A DNA stretch of 63,914 nucleotides, counting the filler, from Octopus bimaculoides (Eukaryota), in NCBI RefSeq assembly GCF_001194135.2. It is 6 parts of 6 records of this genome, joined end to end, with 100 filler letters (N's around TTAATTAATTAA, not from the genome) between each part and the next. Parts side by side here need not be neighbours in the genome. Positions count along the whole stretch, not along the records: positions 1 to 19,686 come from NC_068981.1; positions 19,787 to 34,817 come from NC_068988.1; 4 more parts are not named here. The stretch is one strand, 5' to 3'. The notes under the pieces were generated by a model, which saw nothing but the letters and a program-made list of their open reading frames with translations, had not been told where the DNA came from and ran no database searches. Below, one piece after another: positions 12,967 through 23,560 of the stretch. The stretch's first letter is position 1; each line of letters opens with the position of its first letter. The position numbers and the translations under genes are program-made.

Positions 12967-13030
12967 TGCCGTAGTGGTTAAGAGCGCGGGCTACTAACCC
13001 CAAGATTCCGAGTTCGATTCCAGGTAGTGA
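12967..13030 (+). mobile_element. Inverted second copy of the tRNA-like head, head-to-head with the 12665-12966 element
   Basis: GCCGTAGTGGTTAAGAGCGCGGGCTACTAACCCCAAGATTCCGAGTTCGATTCCAGGTAGTGA is the near-exact reverse complement of 12901-12962. Confidence 0.85.
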
Positions 13031-13265
13031 TGGGGTCATTTCCTAGAGCCGTCATCATGCGTAGAACCAACCAGATCCACCAGCGCTCTCCATTGCTGGC
13101 GGTCCCGTGCCATCCCCCCTGCATCCTCGAAAGTGACGCCGAGCCTCTGAAAATCCTCCCCAACCAGGTCCAGCCATCTGGTGCGAGGCCTGACACGAGG
13201 CCCTTTCTAGCCCGCAACTGCTGCGTGGAACGAGAGTACATTGTACAACAACTCGAAGAAGTACG
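13030..13265 (-). mobile_element. RTE-clade LINE 3' fragment
   Basis: Minus strand (one frameshift) reads ...PRVRPRTRWLDLVGEDFQRLGVTFEDAGGMARDRQQWRALVDLVGSTH..., the RGRPRxRWxD...ARDRxxWR C-terminal signature of RTE ORFs. Confidence 0.8.
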
Positions 13266-14094
13266 AAGATTGATACCAGTTAATGATATTCCCCCCCCCC
13301 CCTACAATGAGTTATTGATGTACTAAAAACTGACACGAATAACGTGCAGTTCATTATAATTAACTCTGTATTTCCTTCGATTTTTTTTTTTGTCAAAATT
13401 TCCTGTTTGTGGTTTGTTCTATGTAAAGTTGTTTATAGAAATAAAAATGGCTAAAATCTGATATGCATTTTGATCAATCAAATGTTTCTTTTATTTCAAT
13501 ATTGTTTTACTTTCTTTCACATCATTTCAATGAAACAACGTATTACGCATTCAGGACATAAAACAACGAGTCACGCACTAGTGTAGCATACGTTTCCCGT
13601 AATTTTTGATTCAGTGTTGTCGTCCTCTGAGCCGCCTTACGAAGTCACAAGGCTTCTGGTTTATTACCTGCGGTAACGTATGGCTGGATGATTACTACGC
13701 CTTTTTCTGCGTCATTAATGACGCAAGTGAATGGAAACAGCAACAGTCAGACACCGGAGAAGGGAGACGGATTCTGTTCTCCGTGAAGGTTCTTGTATCA
13801 ACACGACAGCAGTTGAAAATGATAGCAGAATGTGTGTGTGTGGGAGGGTTGTAATTGAAATAAGTTAATAATGCAATCAAGCTCAGCTACACGTCTAAGA
13901 AACAAATTATATTGGCTAATTGGCAGAAAAGCTAAAGATAGGTGCAATTAGAAAATAATATCGTTTTGTATATGATACATATATACATAAATAGGTACGT
14001 GCGTGTATGTGATATAATGTCGAATAAAAAGTATTTGACATTAAGCTGAAGGATTACTCAAAACTTTTTGTAGGGTACATATTTTGTAAGAAAT

Positions 14095-15107
14095 GATAAA
14101 TGTGCTCGCTCAAAGGGGTTACAGAATGTCATAATAAACCTTAAAATGTAGGGGGCTAGCGTCGTTACTCAAAAATATTGGAATCTCTATAGGTTGTACA
14201 TTCTGTGGCATTTTAAAACGAAAAGAGACCCATGTGTGAATTACGATGTCACGATAATTATTAAGCCGAGTTCTTAATATAAACATTTGAAAATGTACAA
14301 AATATGATCTTTAACTTCGAATAAGTAAATTCATTATAATACTTTTCATACCAAAGTATATAAAAAAAAACAAAACATATTTCACACTGCATGCAAATTA
14401 CCATGACAATCTTTTCTACTCTAGGTACAAGGTCCAAAATTTTGGGGAAGGGGGCCAGTCAATTAGATCGGCCTCGGAATGCAATTGGTACTTAATTTAT
14501 CGACCCCGAAAGGATGAAAGGCAAAGTCGACCTCGGCAGAATTTGAACTCAGACCGTAAAAGGCAAACGAAATACCGACTAGCATTTCGTCCGGCATGCT
14601 AACATTTCTGCCAGCTCGCTGCCTTAAATTACCATGATAGAAAAAAAAAACAAAAAAAAAAACAAAAAAAACTGGATTTATGATGAAGTCGAATCTATTT
14701 AACAGCGAAAGTACAAAACCGAAATAATTATAAGCGATAATTATAAGCAAAGTGATATACATATTAATGGAATAGTTATGCGAATTAAACAAATTATTAC
14801 TAAATTATTTTTGGTTGATTACTTGTAAATTTATAAAAATTATCATTCATACATAGAATTATTGCGTAAAGACGATATTAGTATTTGTACACAATTGTTT
14901 TGTTAAAACTGAGTATACGATAATTTAACTTAATTAATTTTTAATATAACTTAATTTCGACGAACTAAACAAACTTCTTGTGATAAAAGGATGTCACAGA
15001 ATGTACAACATATAATGCTTCCAATATTTTTTGAGCGACAATGTTAGCTCCATGCTTTTAAAGATTTATTATGACAGTTTGTAACCCTTTTGAGCGTGCG
15101 CATTTTT
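14095..15107. mobile_element. Old non-autonomous DNA element with long (about 120 bp) terminal inverted repeats and a nested SINE
   Basis: 14097-14215 (GCTCGCTCAAAGGGGTTACAGAATGTCATAATAAA...GGTTGTACATTCTGTG) aligns by eye to the reverse complement of 14990-15105. Confidence 0.65.
14417..14626 (-). mobile_element. tRNA-derived SINE, family B
   Basis: Reverse complement GGCAGCGAGCTGGCAGAAATGTTAGCATGCCGGACG...GAGTTCAAATTCTGCCGAGGTCGACTTTGCCTTTCATCCTTTCGGGGTCGATAAATTAAGTACC. Confidence 0.9.
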
Positions 15108-15589
15108 CAATTCTATTTTCGTATTTTTTAAGGCAACGCTTGTAATATTTTATATAGGTACCGTATTTCTCCTAATGGTGTGGCAGCCTTTAATACACTG
15201 ACACCCAGACGTCGACCAATTGAAATAGTGTGACTGTCACAATATTAAAAATTGTACAATGAAATCCATAATTGTCGTATTTGTTTATCATTATACAGAG
15301 AGATACTGAACAGCAGATAGCATGTTATAAGCTGTACTATAAAGAAATATATTTTTAAAAATATTGATAATATTAATTTTTAGAAAATCATTAGCAAAAT
15401 CTGAAACAACATAGCATGCAACGAAGAGAAGGCGAAAATGAGTAAGATAAAATTGTCGAAGAGAGCGACATGCCAAACTATCGCTCATTGGTTGATGATG
15501 ATTGAAAATTAACCAATAAAACGCGAGCACCACGCAAATGGCCACGGCTCCCTTACACTTTCATTCGCAAGACACACAGTAGACTCGAC

Positions 15590-15905
15590 TATAACATTCT
15601 GTTGTCGGTCACTGCGTGCCTGATAGGTACGGACTGAAAGTTATACAAACACCAAAACAAAGCACCATTGCAAAAGTCCTACGTTTTTCATCCAAATAAT
15701 GGACATCATACTGAAATAACACAGGATTCAAGGTCCCATGGTTCTTCAATAACCTTCCGAAAGACTTGAGAGACTTACATGCGGTGGATGTAGATGTCTA
15801 CAAAACAGATGGAATCCCTACTGTCAAGAGTCCCTAATGAGCTTATTTCACTACCACGGCAGGAAATGCAAACGATGGTAGCAACATCAAACTCCCTCAG
15901 TCACC
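15590..15905 (+). mobile_element. CR1/L2-group LINE 3' fragment
   Basis: With frameshifts reads ..GP..FFNNLPKDLRDLHAVDVDVYKT..LLSRVPNE.., the FN.LP...R / FK..LD.FL..VPD.P C-terminal pattern. Confidence 0.6.
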
Positions 15906-16741
15906 TAATGCTAACTATATATAGATAAATAAATGAAAGAAAAAAAATAGTGATTAAGGATCCAGGTGAAATATTTGATAAGCACTACGGCTTGAAATAC
16001 TTGATAAGCTCTCGATAAACCAGGATAAAAAAATAGACCTATAATGGCTAGAAGAAGACCACCTACGGTCTGGCCACTAAGAAAAGATTGTTCTCAAAAA
16101 AATTCAGCAAAGACAAATGAAAAGATACAAAATATAAAGAATTAATCATAGACCGGTTTCGTTGTTAACTACTTACGTAATTACTTACGTAATTGTCTGC
16201 AACTCTTCAGTATGATCGTCCTTTGCAATATAATTTGCAGAACTATACACGAGACGTCCTCATGAGAATGAACATGTATATAATTCTACCAATTACATTT
16301 GGGGTTATATTTCAAAAGTCTTCGTTATGGCGCGCCAAATATCGGAAATAAGTCTGCAGAAAATTATTGTCTGCAGTGAATTTTCCCGGTTAGAGAACAT
16401 AGTAATTTAAATTTAAGTAATAAGGGTGAAAAATTGAATATTAATTTGATTAATATCAATTTAAAACCAGTGGCCTAGCAAATTGAAAAATCTGAAGATT
16501 CAGAAAATTTATATTACATACATATAAGAGGGATGACCACTAAGTTAACAACGAAACCGGTCTATGGTTAATTCTTTATATTTTGTACCTTTCATTTCTC
16601 TTGCTCACTTACGTTCTGGTGTTTGCTGAAATTTCTTGAGAACACTCTTTTCTTAGTGGCCAGACCGTAGGTGGTCTTCTAGCAAAAGGGATGTCCACTT
16701 AGTGGTCATCCCTCTTATATATATATATATATATATATAAT

Positions 16742-17146
16742 CTTTTTATTTACCTGTTTCAGTCATTAAACTGCGGTCATGTTGGGGCACCGTCTTCAAA
16801 AACTTTTCGCCAAATGAATCGCCCCCAGTTCCTATCTTTTTTAAAGCCCGGTGCTTATTTTATCGGTTTTTTGCCGAACCGCTTAGATACGAGGACGTAA
16901 ACACACCAACACTGGTTGCCAAGTGGTGGCGGAGGACAAACACACATACATACATACATACACATACACACACACGCACACACAACCGATTTCTTTCAGT
17001 TTCCCCTCTGCCAAATCCACTCACAAGGTTTTGGTCGGCCCGAGGCTATAGTAAACGACACTTGCCCAAGCTGCCACGCAGTGGTACTGAACCCGGAACC
17101 ATGTGGTTGGGGAGCAAACCTCTTGCCACACAGCTACGCTTGCGCC

Positions 17147-17147
<1 letters not shown>
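16742..17147 (-). mobile_element. tRNA-derived SINE, family A, full length with internal microsatellite
   Basis: Reverse complement AGGCGCAAGCGTAGCTGTGTGGCAAGAGG...GGTTCCGGGTTCAGTACCACTGCGTGGC..TTGGGCAAGTGTC..ACTATAGCCTCGGGCCGACCAAAACCTTGTGAGTGGATTTGG, followed by the 3' module. Confidence 0.9.
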
Positions 17148-17211
<64 letters not shown>

Positions 17212-20200
17212 TATATGCGTGCATTTCAGTTCCAGATTTACCTCTTCCTTCGTCTTTCTCACCAGATATATATATATATGTTTACACTATTTTACACTGC
17301 CAAAGTTTTTCTTTTACCGCACGTTTTGACTACTTTTAGAATATGCATTGTAACGGAATTTTTGTTATTTTGTTTATTTCATTTATTCATTATTTTTTTT
17401 TTCTTTTATTCATTTGCTCATTTATTTGCCTGTTTGTCTTGTTTCTTGTTCAACTGTAACGAATCTATTTTGCCCAGCTCAAGCTGACATTTTAGACTAA
17501 GAATCTAATTAAGTCGATTTGGCTTGCAGTGTACGAACTCATCATTTGCCAACTTGTCAGCCGGTTCCATTCCTATCACAATAAGCAAAACAACAAAGCA
17601 GACATCTTCCGCAACGTTTTCTTTGTATAGCTTTTATTAAGATTTTTCTTTCTTTCTCTTTCTCACTTCCTACGCAACAGTGTCTGCTGCTTCGTATCTC
17701 ATAGTTCCGAGTTCCATTTAAGTTGAGGAGTAAACTTTTATTTTATTTTATTGTGGCTAAATTCGACAGTGTTCATTGAGGAAATTGTTACGAAGATATA
17801 GACGGTTTCCACAATAGACAAAAGACGAAAGGTATGAGGTGTTGATAGTTGAGTTGAAATCATACTGCGTATACTGAATGTACAACACCTGTGAACAATT
17901 CACAGACTCTTAATTTACCGCATAAATAATGTTCATCATGTTGGTCATGTATTAGAAATTCCACCATCAAAGTTTACACACTGGAAAGAATATTATGCAG
18001 TTCTTACAAATAATTGATTTAAAAGGTTATGTAATTAAACTGCCAAGACGGGAAAATTAAACACTAGTTTCATGTCGGTAAACTGTAGTGGTATATCCAG
18101 GTCGAGTAAGAGCCATGACAACGACTATTAAAACCAGCAAAATTAGTATGTGATTAGCTTAGCTGCGGGCCGCCACACACTGAAGTAAGAAGTAGATTTG
18201 TCGGTTCTTGCGCAACATGGTCTGGTGAGAGTGGAGACGCATTTCACGCGATCGTCTTCGACACTCTGCGAAGCTGGCGCTAAAAATATGCCTATTTACA
18301 AGCCTTGTGAAGAGAATATTCTGGAGTCTTCAAGAATGATCTATTACATGTCTGGCTGCTGATTGGTCCATATCTCGGCCGCTCACATGAAAAAGCTGTT
18401 ACTAAACCGTGATTTTAACTTGGCAATTCGTCGATTCGGTTTCGGATCTTGCTACAAAACTATAAACAATATCCTTTGATGTTATAGTGTCTCACTCTAG
18501 GTCAGTCTTGATCGACCACGTCTATTATCAAAAGTATTTTAGCCATGGCCATGCCGTCTTTATTTTCGTTTATTAGGCATAGTGATCTTGGATTACATTG
18601 CTCAATGTGTTTTAACTCTTACAAGACAGGAGGATTAAAGTTGATAAAGTCGGGCTCTGAATATTGTCATCAGACTGCCAGGCGCGTGTTTCAGTATGAT
18701 TGTGCATCATCAGTGACAGATAGCTTTTATCGTTCACAGCCCAGTGGAAACTACCGTTCCTATACAGTATGCAGGGGGAAAATATACTTGTTAGGGTGTG
18801 CAAAGCTTTGTCAAGCGGGAATTAATTATAAGCGTATTAAGCAGTGACAATAGAAATAAAGCTGTGTGCATTTATATTCACACATTCATATACACTCAAA
18901 CGTTAAGAGACGTTCATTGCGGTTAATGTCATGGAGATGATATTCCCCTCATAGACTATTTGTGTAAAAACTCATCGAGTTCGACTCTGAATACGTGGTG
19001 AATGGCTGAAGCTGAATCTGCCATTGATGACACATAATCACGTAGAAACGTGTGTTTGACAGTCCGATGCCATCATTGAAAGGCCAGCGCAATGTGTTTT
19101 CACACACATAACCTATGAAAAAAAAACAAAAAAACTTCTATGAGACATTAATCGCAAAACTGCGATACTGGCGTCCATTTAATCAACTAAGCCGATTCGG
19201 CTTATTAATCTGCTGGATTAACCATTAAGCAAAATAAGTACGTGCTTATGACATCAAGGGAAGCGGGGCACCACAGAAATGGTAAATGGTTTACAGCACA
19301 AAAAAATCAAGTAAATGATTAAATCGTTTATATTATTCTCTCGCAATTGGCAGTGTTGCGTTAATGTTAGACAATAATTATTATAATTAGGTGACCGACA
19401 AAATAGCGTTGCAACCCTAAATATTTCTTATTGTCGGAGGTGATGGCGGTAGAGGTATTACTGTTGTTGTTTTTGCCGATATTGCTATTACTATCGTTGT
19501 TGCTGCTGTAGCTGATGGTGGTGGTGGTAGTGGTGGTGGTGGTGATGGTGATCGTGATGGTAGTGGTGATGGTGATGGTGATGGTGATGGTGATGGTAGT
19601 GGTGGTGATGGTGGTGGTGTGGTGGTGACGGTGGTGATCGTGATCGTGATGGTAGTGGTGGTGGTGCTGGTGGTGGTGCTGGTGATNNNNNNNNNNNNNN
19701 NNNNNNNNNNNNNNNNNNNNNNNNNNNNNNTTAATTAATTAANNNNNNNNNNNNNNNNNNNNNNNNNNNNNNNNNNNNNNNNNNNNTATATAAATACACA
19801 CACACACACACATATATTATGTAAACAGAAAGAGCTTTACATTCAAACATATTAAAGACACAATGATTCTCATTATTATGAAATCATTATTATTAATAAC
19901 TGCATTCTTTATTATTTTTAATTTATGATATTTTTTTTCTATATTTCCTTATTGTGCCAGTATGTTTGGATTTGAACAATACCATTCCTGAATCCATTAA
20001 GCCAATTCATAAGCATTTCAAGACCTTCACAGTCTGATCCTCAAAATAAATTGATAATTACATAGGTGTGTTGTTCATGCACTTTGTAGTCAGCAGGAAA
20101 AGATCATGGGAATAATCACAACACCATTAAAAGTATCAATGCCAGATTTATCAATTATGCAACAGTAATTCCTTGTAGATTTAATGATGTACATTTTTAT

Positions 20201-20424
20201 GTGATTTTGCAGATTTAGATTTGTATTTTTCTGTAGTAAAGCTTCCGTAGTTTTTTGTTTTATGTGAAGTAGAAATAATAACAGATGAGCTGAGCTACAG
20301 CAAATATTCTACTTGATACCACAGATTTGCATGTCAGTTGTTTGACCTTAACCAGTTGAACATGTTCCTTGGTGGCTGACGATATGTGCATCTCTGATCA
20401 TGAGCAGAAGTAGTGGGGGAGCAT

Positions 20425-20620
20425 CATAGCCATGTGTTGAGAGGAATTCTTTGGGGTTTGAATAATTCACCTTTGGAAACATGGGTGTTTTGCTAAACAT
20501 CCTTAAACAAGCCTTATTCAGGGGGAGTTTCATAGCCATGTGTTGAGGGGAATTCTTTGGGGTTTGAATAATTCACCTTTGGAAACATGGGTGTTTTGCT
20601 CAACATCCTTAAACAACCTC
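20425..20620. repeat. Direct tandem duplication of about 95 bp inside a dispersed repeat
   Basis: CATAGCCATGTGTTGAG.GGAATTCTTTGGGGTTTGAATAATTCACCTTTGGAAACATGGGTGTTTTGCT.AACATCCTTAAACAA occurs at about 20425 and about 20531. Confidence 0.85.
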
Positions 20621-20848
20621 CATTTCAAAGACTTTTTGAATGGTATGGGTTACTAGAGCTGAAGAAAATTCTGATTGGGTCTCACTGGCAAGGTCATACG
20701 CTGTTTATCTTGATGTGAGATCGCTATGTCACGCACATATGGTTGTGATGCATGTGCCTGGTGTACTCTTATCAGACAGGTAGTCATGATGGGCTCTGTA
20801 TATTTGTACTCCAGAGTCACTTTGATGGCATACATTGCTCTCACATCC

Positions 20849-20910
<62 letters not shown>

Positions 20911-20918
20911 TAATAATG

Positions 20919-20957
<39 letters not shown>

Positions 20958-21270
20958 GTGACCAATAAGGAGAGTAACTGTTATCTCAGTTGTTGTAAGA
21001 GCACTGAGAGCATTAACAATGAAATTCGAGAAATACGTCGGAGAAATTGGAATTGACATGAGGACAGAGCAGGCCCCAAAAACTGCTCTATTGGGGACAG
21101 TTAAGGTTTTGAGATTGATGCTTGGGTGTTGAGCATCTGCCATGATACTTAACATCCAAGTCTTGTAATTTATGGAAAGAGACCCTGTGAGGCCTCTGAC
21201 AAAAACTTGCCGTCCACTCTCACAGAATCAATCAGAACAAGTGAGACCAAGAGCTCTGAGAGGTAAAATA
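20958..21270 (+). mobile_element. R4/Dong-clade LINE 3' fragment embedded in (AAT)n
   Basis: Reads RVTVISVVVRALRALTMKFEKYVGEIGIDMRTEQAPKTALLGTVKVLRLMLGC*, homologous to the C-terminus at 45870-46095. (AAT)n flanks both sides. Confidence 0.8.
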
Positions 21271-21292
21271 ATAATAATAATAATAATAATAA

Positions 21293-21727
21293 TGGTTTCA
21301 AATTTTGGCACAAAGCCAGCATTCTTGAGGGTGGGAGGAATAAAATTACACCGATCCCAGAGCTTGGCTGGTACTCATTTTATGAAACCCCAAAAGGACA
21401 AAAAGCAACGTCAACTTCAGATGAATTTGAACTCTGAACATAAAGTTGAATAGAATGCCACCACTAAGCATTCATTTTGTCTTGTGTGCTAACGATTCTG
21501 CCAGCTTAATAATAATAATAATCTTTTTTACTGGAAGCACAAGGCCTTGAGTTTGGAGGAAGGGATTAAGTTGATTACATCGAACCCAGTGTGTAACTGG
21601 TACTTATTTAATCAACCCCTTGAAAAGATGAATGGCAAAGTTGGAATTTGAACTCAGAATGTAGCGCAGATGAAATATCGCTAAGCATTCCGCCCAGCGT
21701 GCTAATGATTCTGCCAGCTCGCTGCCT
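21293..21727 (-). mobile_element. Two tandem family-B SINEs (21293-21508, 21522-21727) separated by (AAT)n
   Basis: Each has the family-B body and an (ATT)n tail on the element strand. Confidence 0.85.
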
Positions 21728-21738
21728 TGATAATGATA

Positions 21739-21806
<68 letters not shown>

Positions 21807-22443
21807 AATAATAATAATAATAACAATAACAACAATAATAATAAAAGCGTATTGTGTGGTTGGTGTTCTTTAGAGAACACAAGATAGAATTCAAAGTGGG
21901 GAATGATCTGACCAATTTGTACAAGACTTTGTTCAAATTTCAACAGTTTGTAATACTTAATGTCTTGGTTCCAACAGAGATAATACCATTTGTTTTGTTT
22001 GTTTGTTTGTCAGAAGAATCCACAGAAACAACAACAACAGCAGTGACAGTAACCATTATTAGGTCTTAATTAACAATTCGGTTCCAGCAGTGGTTGTTGT
22101 GGTGGGGGAGGAGTTTTAGGGGCGGGGGTGGAGATGTGGGGAGGGGGGACAGTGAAATGCTCATTCTTTTATTGGATTGTTGTTCTTGATGTTGCTGTTG
22201 TTGTTGTTAGGTGGTTTGTTGATGTATTCATGTATTGTTTTCACTTGCCTTTGTATATATAAAAAAAACAAAAACAAACATAAAAAAAAAGCATCCTAAC
22301 TGATAAATGCCACAACTAATGCTACCACCAACAGCCACCACCACCACCACCGACACCACCACCACCACCATCATCATCATCAACAGTAGCCCTATCACCA
22401 ATTTTCACCATTGATTCTACAATTCATACCATCGTCATCATCG

Positions 22444-22479
<36 letters not shown>

Positions 22480-22932
22480 CAACCAGTTTCATCATAACCA
22501 CCACTACCAGCCATTATCTTCGCCATAGCCAATTCCACCACCACCACCACCACCACCACCGTCATCCAGAAGAATTTTATTATAATCATTAGCAACAATG
22601 GCAACAAGAGGAAGCAGTGACAGCAACAAGAAGAAGAAGGTAATCAATTGCAAAAATGATGCAAAAAGCTGTCGCCATCATCATCATCATCTTCCATTGA
22701 AACAACAAGAATAATAAATAAAAGAATGGAATCTACCCAAAGAGAGACTCAAAGAACGAACCAGAAGATAAGAGGAAGTTGCTAACAATAGCAACGACGA
22801 CAAGAATAACACAAGAGTAGGTAGCAACCAGGAGAACAATAGCAACGATGAGTCAATGAGGGGCGTGCCGCTAGGTGGATGCACAGTCTGCTAGAAATAG
22901 TAACCAAATTCATTTTCAATCATACCTTACTG

Positions 22933-23119
22933 CAGTGGTTCTTAACCAGGGTCCATATAACGGTTTTGGGGTTCCACACAAGCAATATAGTAAATTGGAG
23001 CTGCACAGCAGTATTTTAGGGGGTCCATGGAAAAATTTTGTTCTAACTGTAGATTTTTTTCTCTCTAACATTCAATATAGTTCAACAGGTTTCCAGCCAC
23101 TAAAATAAGAACTCATCTG
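22933..23119. mobile_element. hAT (Charlie-like) MITE remnant
   Basis: Starts CAGTGGTTCTTAACCAGGG, a typical hAT TIR. The other end (ATAAGAACTCATCTG) is only a degenerate inverse, and no clear 8-bp TSD is visible. Confidence 0.45.
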
Positions 23120-23189
23120 CATAAAATAAGGCACGCGGGTCCACACACAAGCAATATAGTAAGTTGGAGCTCCTTAACAGTATTTTAGT

Positions 23190-23345
23190 GTCATTATTTA
23201 CATTATTTACATTTGACGGATAGTTTTCCTCATCTTGTCTGTTGTTAACACAGCGTTTCGGCTGATATACCCTCCAGCCTTATAGCATACTTGCTAAGAG
23301 CACGGGCTACTAACCCCAAGATTCCGAGTTCAATTCCAGGTGGTC
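23190..23345 (-). mobile_element. Second copy of the hammerhead-bearing tRNA-headed element, 5'-truncated and joined to an inverted head
   Basis: 23190-23281 matches 12698-12787. 23292-23343 is the tRNA-like head on the plus strand. Confidence 0.75.
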
Positions 23346-23560
23346 ATCATCATCATCATCACTGTTTAACGTCCGCTTTCCATGCTAGCATGGGTTAGAC
23401 GATTTGACTGAGGACTGGCGAACCAGATTGCTGCACCAGGCTCCAGTCTGATTTGGCAGAGTTTCTATAGCTGGATGCCCTTCTTAATGCCAACCACTCA
23501 GTGTAGTGGGTGCTTTTTACATGCTACCAGCACAGGGGCCAGAAGGGGGGGGGGGCTGGC
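23345..23560 (-). mobile_element. Family D dispersed repeat (RTE-type non-autonomous) with (TGA)n tail
   Basis: Reverse complement contains GAGTGGTTGGCATTAAGAAGGGCATCCAGCTATAGAAA and ends GGAAAGCGGACGTTAAACAGTGATGATGAT; same as 25820-26200 and 31780-31950. Confidence 0.7.

Noticed and set aside
12901-13030. tRNA genes (apparent ACT anticodon) in SINE heads
   Set aside because: There is no complete acceptor stem, and the heads continue into repeat bodies, so these are tRNA-derived promoters rather than tRNAs. The same holds for families A, B and C.
17920-17985. Minus-strand exon between TTTCCAG and GTAAAT
   Set aside because: It has stops in all three frames as an internal exon and would need an unsupported internal start.
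19731-19742. TTAATTAATTAA islands inside N runs (also at about 34862, 48182, 57223 and 61043)
   Set aside because: The identical 12-mer has stops in all six frames and is always embedded in Ns, so it is a scaffolding pad, not biology.
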